This document shows, one piece after another, positions 1 to 7,011 of a stretch of 11,687 nt of DNA. The stretch spans positions 8,968 to 20,654 of the forward strand of contig RQSC01000023.1 of NCBI GenBank assembly GCA_013416795.1, written 5' to 3'. The first letter of the stretch is position 1, and each line of letters begins with the position of its first letter. Made by a program: the position numbers and the translations under genes. This DNA is from Prasinococcaceae sp. CCMP 1430 (lineage: Eukaryota; Plantae; Prasinodermophyta). The notes under the pieces are model-generated. The model did no database searches. It was given only the letters and a program-made list of their open reading frames with translations, and was not told the origin of the DNA.

Positions 1-101
1 CGCCGCCGCCGCGGGCCTCGCGCCTCGCGGCGCGCGCGCTCTTCCCGGCCCGCCCACGCTCGCAGAGCGGAGCGGATCGCGCGCGTGCCGAAGAAAGACG
101 G

Positions 102-115
102 AAACCCTAAAACCC
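102..115 (+). promoter_or_regulatory. Telo-box (AAACCCTA) within a 14-nt telomere-like tract AAACCCTAAAACCC
   Basis: AAACCCTA read directly at 102-109. The telo-box is a known plant/green-algal promoter and 5'UTR element. Its function here is inferred. Confidence 0.45.
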
Positions 116-443
116 AAACACCCCACATGTTTTTTGACCTTGATGAGCTCCCAACCCCGCGAACTGTCCTCCCCCACTCCCTTCGCATCGACACGGAGCA
201 CAGAGCGCCGGCGCGCGCGCGCGGACGCGGCGACGCGAAGGGGGGGCGCCGCCGCCGAGCCTGAAACGGCGAAACCTGGAAAACGAAAACGGAAAGGCGG
301 GCCTGCGGGGAACAGGCACACGCGGTCCCACGTCAAAACGAATTGATGCCATCCGATCCTGGCGCGCACACGCATGCCTGGAAAAAGCTGTCCCATATCA
401 AAATGCATCGGATTTGCGCACCTGCACCCACCTACAGTACAAC

Positions 444-666
444 ATGAAAAGGCGCCGGAGAGGGGGGACTGGCACGCACCCGCCATCATTTCGCTTCGCC
501 GCGCCGCGCCTCCGCGGCGTCGCCCGTGTGGCGCGCGCGCCCGTGTGGCTGCTCGCGCCGAACTGCGTGTGCTACGCGCGCGCAGCGCTCGGCGCTTACG
601 CGGTGTGTTCCGCGCGCGCCGCCGAGGCGCGCGCACGCGAGGACGGGGGGCAGGCGGCAGCGGAGG
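444..666 (+). CDS. 5' part of a CDP-alcohol phosphatidyltransferase, phosphatidylinositol synthase-like (3' part lost in the gap)
   Basis: ATG at 444 (context caacATG) gives MKRRRRGG...APVWLLAPNCVCYARAALGAYAVCS. This matches the PIS N-terminal motif V-[YF]-L-x-x-P-N-x-[VI]-G-Y-x-R (Arabidopsis PIS1 VYLYIPNIVGYMRVLL, recalled). The catalytic DxxDGxxAR motif is not visible. Confidence 0.6.
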
Positions 667-1146
667 NNNNNNNNNNNNNNNNNNNNNNNNNNNNNNNNNN
701 NNNNNNNNNNNNNNNNNNNNNNNNNNNNNNNNNNNNNNNNNNNNNNNNNNNNNNNNNNNNNNNNNNNNNNNNNNNNNNNNNNNNNNNNNNNNNNNNNNNN
801 NNNNNNNNNNNNNNNNNNNNNNNNNNNNNNNNNNNNNNNNNNNNNNNNNNNNNNNNNNNNNNNNNNNNNNNNNNNNNNNNNNNNNNNNNNNNNNNNNNNN
901 NNNNNNNNNNNNNNNNNNNNNNNNNNNNNNNNNNNNNNNNNNNNNNNNNNNNNNNNNNNNNNNNNNNNNNNNNNNNNNNNNNNNNNNNNNNNNNNNNNNN
1001 NNNNNNNNNNNNNNNNNNNNNNNNNNNNNNNNNNNNNNNNNNNNNNNNNNNNNNNNNNNNNNNNNNNNNNNNNNNNNNNNNNNNNNNNNNNNNNNNNNNN
1101 NNNNNNNNNNNNNNNNNNNNNNNNNNNNNNNNNNNNNNNNNNNNNN
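667..1146. other. Assembly gap (480 N)
   Basis: Run of N. Confidence 0.99.
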
Positions 1147-1147
1147 G

Positions 1148-3088
1148 CGCACGCGCCCGGAGCGCGGCGCCTCGGCGGCCGCGTGGGGCCACGAGCCGCT
1201 GCGCGGGGGCGGGCTCACACTGTCCGTCTCCAACGTGGGCGACTCGCACTGCTACCTCGACACGGGCACGTCGGTTGCGCTGTGCAGCGCGGACCACCGC
1301 CTGGACACGTCCGCGCGCGAGCGCGAGCGCGTGAAGGCGTGCCCCGGCGGCAGCGTCGGGCGCAGCGCGCTCGAGGAGGGCGGCAAGGGCGTGGGCCCGC
1401 TGCGCGCGTGGCCGGGCGGCCTCGCGATGGCGCGCACGCTCGGCGACTGCGCGGCGCACCCGATCATCAGCGCCGAGCCGGAGACGCGCCAGGTGTACGT
1501 GCCGCGCGGCTGCGCGGCGCGCCTCATCATCGCCAGCGACGGCCTGTGGGACGGCCTGAGCGCCAAGGCGGCGGCGAAGCTCGTGCGCGCCAAGCCCGCC
1601 ACCACCGCGGCGCCCGCGCTCTGCCAGGCGGCCAAGAAGGCGCGCGGGCTGCGCGACGACATCACCGTGGTAGTCATCGACGTGCTGCCCGGCGGGGCGG
1701 GCGACACGGGCGCGCACTCGTCGCCTTTCGCGGGCAGGCGGGGGCGGCCCTGGGAGCCCATGGTTGTCGATGCGGACCGCCCGTCGGCGGCGGTGTCGAA
1801 GGCGCTCGGGGGCGAGCCGCCGGAGGAGGCCGCAGCCGACGCGGGCGCGAGCGGCGCCGGCGCAAACGGGGCCGAGGTCGACGTTGCGCCAGCAGATGGT
1901 CGGGGCGCCGACGGAGGCGCCGCGACGGTGGGCGTGACCCCCGCCTCGGCGGACGAGCGCGCGAGCGACCTGCGCGAGCTGGCGGCCGCGCAGGGCCTGC
2001 CGGTGGACGTGGTGCTCGCCAGCGCAGGCGTCTGTGGTGCCGAGACGGACGCCGGCGGCGAGGGATGGACCGACGTGCCGGTGAAGAAGTCGAGGCGCGC
2101 CGTCGCCTCCGCCGCCGCGCTCGCGGACGACGCCGATTCCGGCGCGGACGGGTGGATCGAGGTCAAGAGCGCGCGCGACGGTGACGCCGCCAAGCAGCAG
2201 CGGACGCAACAGCAGCGACAGCGGCAGCAGCATCGGCAGCAGCGACAACAGCAGGGCGGGCTTGCAGGTAGAGGCAGAGGTAGAGGTAGAGGGAACGGCG
2301 GCAGGGGCGTTGCTGGCGGCAGAGCCTCGCCACACGCGCTCGCGGAGACGCAGGAGCAGCTGCCCCGCCAGGGCGATGCACAGGAGGGCAAGGGCCAGCG
2401 CCAGCGCCAGCACACGAGCAACGGCCGTGGGGATGCCGGCGTGGAGGCCGAGGGCGCGCGTGCTGCCGCAGGAAACGCGGAAGGAGCAGACGGCGAGCAC
2501 GCGAGCATCCCGAACGGCGACGTCGCAGCGCCGGACGCCAAGCCTCGGCGCCACACCGGCAAGGGCAAGAACGGAAACGCCGGCAGAGGCAAGGGCACGG
2601 CCACGGGCACGCACGCGAGTGCCCGTAAGGGGGGCGCTGTGGGGGGCGTCCACGGCGGCGAGCTCGCCAACAAGTCAGCGCGCGTGAGCGGGCAGCCGCG
2701 TGAGCAGCAGCAGCGCCGGCAGGCGCAGGGCGGAAAAGGGCCGGGCCGCCAGCACGGCACGGAGCGCAAGGACTGCAAGGATGGGCCCAAGCAGCCGCGT
2801 GGCGACGCTGCGCCGCCGCCGGCGCCGCCGACCAACGGCATCATGGTTGGCAGCGTGCCCTGCGCGCCGGTGTCGGCCCGCAAACCGGCGCAGGCCGTGG
2901 GCGGCGCGGCAGGCGAGGGCGGCAACAGCGAGGACTCCGGCCGTCGGGGCCGTGGCGGCGGCCGCGGTAAGGGGCGGGGCGGCCGTGGCGGCGGCCGCGG
3001 CCGTGAGCGCGGGCGCGGGCGTGGCCGCGTTCCGGGCGCCGGTGGTGCCCCCGACAGCAGTGGCGCGTCCAGTGTGGCAGTGCACTGA
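1148..3088 (+). CDS. Protein phosphatase 2C (PPM family, plant-type clade with the GPLRxWPGGL motif), 5' partial, with a long low-complexity C-terminal tail
   Basis: PP2C motifs SNVGDSHC, DHRL, GPLRAWPGGLAMARTLGD, RLIIASDGLWD and RDDITVVVID. The catalytic domain ends near 1690 and the frame stays open to TGA 3086-3088. The N-terminal metal-binding motifs (ED, DGH) lie in the gap. Confidence 0.9.
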   Translation, partial: RTRPERGASAAAWGHEPLRGGGLTLSVSNVGDSHCYLDTGTSVALCSADHRLDTSARERERVKACPGGSVGRSALEEGGKGVGPLRAWPGGLAMARTLGDCAAHPIISAEPETRQVYVPRGCAARLIIASDGLWDGLSAKAAAKLVRAKPATTAAPALCQAAKKARGLRDDITVVVIDVLPGGAGDTGAHSSPFAGRRGRPWEPMVVDADRPSAAVSKALGGEPPEEAAADAGASGAGANGAEVDVAPADGRGADGGAATVGVTPASADERASDLRELAAAQGLPVDVVLASAGVCGAETDAGGEGWTDVPVKKSRRAVASAAALADDADSGADGWIEVKSARDGDAAKQQRTQQQRQRQQHRQQRQQQGGLAGRGRGRGRGNGGRGVAGGRASPHALAETQEQLPRQGDAQEGKGQRQRQHTSNGRGDAGVEAEGARAAAGNAEGADGEHASIPNGDVAAPDAKPRRHTGKGKNGNAGRGKGTATGTHASARKGGAVGGVHGGELANKSARVSGQPREQQQRRQAQGGKGPGRQHGTERKDCKDGPKQPRGDAAPPPAPPTNGIMVGSVPCAPVSARKPAQAVGGAAGEGGNSEDSGRRGRGGGRGKGRGGRGGGRGRERGRGRGRVPGAGGAPDSSGASSVAVH

Positions 3089-3200
3089 TGCGTGACGACG
3101 CGCCGCCCAAAGCGCGATGCACCAGAGTAGCTAGTACAGAGACAACATTGCACCTATCGTCGTTCGGACCGCACGCGCTCGGCCGGCGCTGCGCTCCGTC

Positions 3201-4769
3201 TCACAGCTCGTCCCTTGCGGCCTCGGCCTCGGCCCCGCGAGCGACGCGCGCCTCCCGCGCCCGGCGCGCGTCGCTCGCGGCGCGCGCTAGGAGCTCCTCG
3301 CCGCGCGCGTTGCGCGCCCTGCGCGCCATCGCGCGCGCTCCGCCGTCCTCCGCCGGTGCCCCGTGGGCGAGCAGAAGCGACGCCACGCGCTCTGCGCGCG
3401 CGGCGTCAGCGTCCTCAAGCGCGTACGCAAGCGCCGATAGACCTCTCCACCGCGCGCTCGCGTCGGCGCCACGCCCGAGCAGCGCCTCGACGACGCCAGC
3501 CTGCGCGGAAGTGAGGCGCGCGCGCGCAGCGGTCAGCGCACGCGCTCTCGTGTGCGCGCCACCGCGCTCGCTTGCGGCCTCGCAAGCGAGCGCCGCCGCG
3601 CGCGTCCGTCGGCTTACCCTTCGGTACTGCACCGCGAGCACCAGTGGTGTCACGCCCCCCATCGAGCGCGTCTCGATGTCGGCGCCGCCGTCTATGAGCG
3701 CGAGCGCCACGTCGACGTGTCCATTCTCGCACGCGGCGTGAAGCGCGGCCGCGCCATTGCCCACCTCGGCCGGCACGCGGCTCATCGGGTCGTACTCGAG
3801 CACCGCCTCCCAGCCGTCGGTCTCGGCGAGGGCGCTGCCACCGCCGTTACCCTGCGAGCGCAGGCGCTCCCTCTCGCGCTGCTTGTTCCACCCCCTGGGC
3901 CGCTTGGGCATCGCGAAGTCCGGCGCGGCGCCTAGACGCAGCAGCTCTCGCACGGCCTCGACGTGCCCGCGCTGCGAAGCCAAGTACAGCGCCGTCGTGT
4001 CCCCCTGCACTAGCGCGTCCACGCTCGCGCCCACGCATGCGGCTGCATGGGTACGATCCGTAGCATCGCCCGAGAGGAGCTGGCGGATCGCCGCGGGCTT
4101 GTTCGCGTCCGCAGCGGCGTGCAGCGGCGTCGCGCCGTTCGCCTTCCGCGCGTCCGCCCGCGCGCCCGCCTCGCACAGCGCCGCCACGACGCCCGCGGCG
4201 CCCACCTCGGCCGCAAAGTGCAGGGGCGACGTCCGCGCCCACGGATGCGCGCGGTCTGCCCGCGCGCCGTGGGTGAGCAGCGTGCGCACCATGGCCTCGT
4301 CGCCCAGCGACGCGGCCACCATCACGGGGGTGGCGCCGCCGGGTCCGACCGCGTCAGGGTCAGCGGCTTCCGTCGGCGCTGCCAGCAGCGCCGCCGCCTC
4401 GCGCGCGTCGCCCTCCGCCACGGCGACGTGCAGCCGCGCGTCGGCGCTCAGGTAGGCGAGCGCGCTCTCGCCGGCGCCCTCGCGCGCTCCGGCGCGCTCT
4501 CGCTCCCTTTCGCGGGCGACCGCGAGCGCGGGGGCCACCGCGAACGCCAGCAGCAGCCGTGCGCTGTCCACAGCGCCCGACGCAGCCTCCCTGTGGAGGT
4601 ACAGCGCCTCGTCGCGGGTGAGCGGTCGGGGCGCCGCGCCGCGCCGCTCTTCGCGCGGCGGCACGAGGCCTTCCTCGCCCGCAAAGGCCACCACGGCCGC
4701 GTACGCGGGCTGCACGACGGCGAGCGCGCCCTCTGCGGTGGCGAGCGCGCGCGCAAGCGCGTCGGCGCC
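3201..4769 (-). CDS. Ankyrin-repeat protein, exons 4769..3618 and 3500..3201 (5' exon unresolved), C-terminus RDEL
   Basis: Several ankyrin repeats: ATPVMVAASLGDEAMVRTLL, TSPLHFAAEVG, ATPLHAAADAN, TTALYLASQRGH, AALHAACENGH. Splicing restores VTPLVLAVQYRR|AGVVEALLGRGAD. Ends ...ARDEL-TGA at 3203-3201. An in-frame TGA at 4811 with a candidate acceptor NAG at 4772-4770 implies a further upstream exon. Confidence 0.85.
   Translation of the reverse strand, partial: GADALARALATAEGALAVVQPAYAAVVAFAGEEGLVPPREERRGAAPRPLTRDEALYLHREAASGAVDSARLLLAFAVAPALAVARERERERAGAREGAGESALAYLSADARLHVAVAEGDAREAAALLAAPTEAADPDAVGPGGATPVMVAASLGDEAMVRTLLTHGARADRAHPWARTSPLHFAAEVGAAGVVAALCEAGARADARKANGATPLHAAADANKPAAIRQLLSGDATDRTHAAACVGASVDALVQGDTTALYLASQRGHVEAVRELLRLGAAPDFAMPKRPRGWNKQRERERLRSQGNGGGSALAETDGWEAVLEYDPMSRVPAEVGNGAAALHAACENGHVDVALALIDGGADIETRSMGGVTPLVLAVQYRRVSRRTRAAALACEAASERGGAHTRARALTAARARLTSAQAGVVEALLGRGADASARWRGLSALAYALEDADAARAERVASLLLAHGAPAEDGGARAMARRARNARGEELLARAASDARRAREARVARGAEAEAARDEL
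3501..3617 (-). other. Spliceosomal intron (117 nt, phase 0) in the ankyrin gene
   Basis: GTAAGC donor, GCTGAC branch point (plus 3532-3537), CCGCGCAG acceptor. Removal restores an ankyrin repeat. Confidence 0.85.
3564..3593. repeat. Perfect inverted repeat, 13-bp stem with 4-nt loop
   Basis: GCGCTCGCTTGCG-gcct-CGCAAGCGAGCGC read directly. Confidence 0.9.
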
Positions 4770-5171
4770 CTNTTGGCCTCCGCCCCGCCCCGCCCCCGCC
4801 CCGCCACGTCAGGCCCCGCCCGCGCGCGCGCTCGCTCGCCGCGTTCGTAACATAGCCATAACAGATTGTGAAGGAAGCCCTCCTCAGTCAGTCTGTCTGT
4901 CGGTGCACGCCGTCCCGCGCCTGCAGGCCTGCTGCGGGCACGGCCGGGGCGTGCGCGTGGGAGTTCGTTTCTTCGTCAGTCATCCGCATCCCATCCGGGG
5001 AAGGGGGGAAAAGACTGGAAAACGGGAAGCGCTGCGAAGCGCGGCGAAGCGCGGCGTCGGCGCCAGCCGGGCCGAGGGGGTCACACCGCGAGCGGTGGGC
5101 GCAGCGGAGCGAAGCGGTGGTTGGTGTGTGTGGGGTGGGGGAGAGTGGGGGGGAAAGAGGCGCGCGGAGGC

Positions 5172-6029
5172 ATGCGCTGGCTGGAGGCGAGCGCCGCGGC
5201 GCCCCTGGTTGGCGCCGCGGCGGACGGCGGGGACGCGCGCGCGTACGCGGCCGTCGCCTGCGCGTACGGCGCCGTCGCGGCCGTCGCGCTCGTGCAGCTG
5301 CTGCGCATCCAGGCGCGCGTGCCCGAGTACGGCTGGACGACGCAAAAGGTGTTCCACCTGCTCAACTTCGTGCAGAACGGCATGCGCGCCGCCGTCTTCG
5401 CGCTCTTTCACGCCGTCGACGGCGGCAAGGGCGGCGTGGGCGGCGTGCGCGTGCTCTCCGACGTGCTCGTCGACGCGCCCATGCTGCTCTTCTTCACGAC
5501 GTACACGCTGCTCGTGCTCTTCTGGGCGGAGATCTTCCACCAGGCGCGCTCGCTGCCCACGGAGAGACTCAAGCCCTGCTTCGTGCTGGCCAACGCGCTG
5601 GTCTACCTGGGCGAGGGCGGCATGTGGGTCGCGCAGGGCGTCCACTACAGCGGGGGCGTCGCGCGCGCCGCGCGGCTCTACCTGGCGGCCGTCTCGCTGC
5701 TGGCGTCCGCGGGCTTTGTCGTGTACGGCGGCCAGCTGTTCTGCATGCTGCGGCGCTTCCCTGTGGAGTCCAAGGGTCGGTCGAAGAAGATGCTGGAGGT
5801 GGGCAGCGTGACGGCCATCTGCACGCTGTGCTTCGCCGGCCGCGCGGCCGCCGTCCTCGCGAGCGAGTTCGCCGGGGGCGGCGCGGCGCTCGACGCGTAC
5901 GACCGGCCCTTCGCCAACGCGCTCTACTACGGGCTGACGGAGCTCGTGCCGAGCGTGCTCGTGCTCTTCATCCTGCGCAAGCTGCCGCCGAAGAGGGCGA
6001 GCGCGGGCGGGTATGAGCCCATCGGCTGA
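5172..6029 (+). CDS. TOM1: TOM1/TOM3/THH1 family (tobamovirus multiplication, DUF1084) multi-pass membrane protein, 285 aa, intronless
   Basis: Family signatures QLLRIQARVPEYGWTTQKVFHLLNF, LLVLFWAEIFHQARSLPT, MLRRFPVESKGRSKKMLEVGSVTAIC and LVLFILRKLPPKR closely match recalled Arabidopsis TOM1/TOM3. ATG at 5172, TGA at 6027-6029. Confidence 0.93.
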   Translation: MRWLEASAAAPLVGAAADGGDARAYAAVACAYGAVAAVALVQLLRIQARVPEYGWTTQKVFHLLNFVQNGMRAAVFALFHAVDGGKGGVGGVRVLSDVLVDAPMLLFFTTYTLLVLFWAEIFHQARSLPTERLKPCFVLANALVYLGEGGMWVAQGVHYSGGVARAARLYLAAVSLLASAGFVVYGGQLFCMLRRFPVESKGRSKKMLEVGSVTAICTLCFAGRAAAVLASEFAGGGAALDAYDRPFANALYYGLTELVPSVLVLFILRKLPPKRASAGGYEPIG

Positions 6030-6162
6030 TGGGCGGACTTAGAGGCGGGGTAGGAGGGCGACGGCTGGGCCGCGGGCGTGGAGGGAGGAAAGGAGGACGG
6101 TCGGGGGGAAATGGTGGTGGCGGCGGCGGGGCTGGGCGCGGCGCGGCGCGGCGCGGCGCGGC

Positions 6163-7010
6163 NNNNNNNNNNNNNNNNNNNNNNNNNNNNNNNNNNNNNN
6201 NNNNNNNNNNNNNNNNNNNNNNNNNNNNNNNNNNNNNNNNNNNNNNNNNNNNNNNNNNNNNNNNNNNNNNNNNNNNNNNNNNNNNNNNNNNNNNNNNNNN
6301 NNNNNNNNNNNNNNNNNNNNNNNNNNNNNNNNNNNNNNNNNNNNNNNNNNNNNNNNNNNNNNNNNNNNNNNNNNNNNNNNNNNNNNNNNNNNNNNNNNNN
6401 NNNNNNNNNNNNNNNNNNNNNNNNNNNNNNNNNNNNNNNNNNNNNNNNNNNNNNNNNNNNNNNNNNNNNNNNNNNNNNNNNNNNNNNNNNNNNNNNNNNN
6501 NNNNNNNNNNNNNNNNNNNNNNNNNNNNNNNNNNNNNNNNNNNNNNNNNNNNNNNNNNNNNNNNNNNNNNNNNNNNNNNNNNNNNNNNNNNNNNNNNNNN
6601 NNNNNNNNNNNNNNNNNNNNNNNNNNNNNNNNNNNNNNNNNNNNNNNNNNNNNNNNNNNNNNNNNNNNNNNNNNNNNNNNNNNNNNNNNNNNNNNNNNNN
6701 NNNNNNNNNNNNNNNNNNNNNNNNNNNNNNNNNNNNNNNNNNNNNNNNNNNNNNNNNNNNNNNNNNNNNNNNNNNNNNNNNNNNNNNNNNNNNNNNNNNN
6801 NNNNNNNNNNNNNNNNNNNNNNNNNNNNNNNNNNNNNNNNNNNNNNNNNNNNNNNNNNNNNNNNNNNNNNNNNNNNNNNNNNNNNNNNNNNNNNNNNNNN
6901 NNNNNNNNNNNNNNNNNNNNNNNNNNNNNNNNNNNNNNNNNNNNNNNNNNNNNNNNNNNNNNNNNNNNNNNNNNNNNNNNNNNNNNNNNNNNNNNNNNNN
7001 NNNNNNNNNN
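6163..7010. other. Assembly gap (848 N), preceded by (GCGCG)n; hides the BIN4 start
   Basis: Run of N. Confidence 0.99.
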
Positions 7011-7011
7011 G

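Noticed and set aside
141-264. Box C (TGATGA, 141-146) with box D (CTGA, 261-264) as a C/D snoRNA
   Set aside because: No terminal stem, no recognisable rRNA-antisense guide and no U3-like features. Both boxes are short enough to occur by chance.
585-666. AYAVC...DGGQAAAE as the PP2C DGHGG motif
   Set aside because: The His is missing and 11 extra residues intervene with no intron to remove them. The segment fits better as the continuation of the PIS-like helix.
374-3088. The 904-aa ORF as a single PP2C starting at 374
   Set aside because: It is an artefact of reading through N. The pre-gap coding signal (PIS-like) is in a different frame, and PTVQHEKAPERGDW only vaguely resembles PP2C motif 1.
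4811-4983. Minus-strand ATGs at 4859, 4853 and 4983 as the ankyrin start
   Set aside because: 4859 and 4853 hit the in-frame TGA at 4811 with no phase-compatible donor. 4983 needs a weak GTGCAC donor and gives no signal peptide. The 5' end is left unresolved.
5034-5056. Tandem GCGAAGCGCG x2.3 as a CRISPR-like or mobile repeat
   Set aside because: Only two short units with no spacers, in a eukaryotic context. It is a simple tandem duplication.
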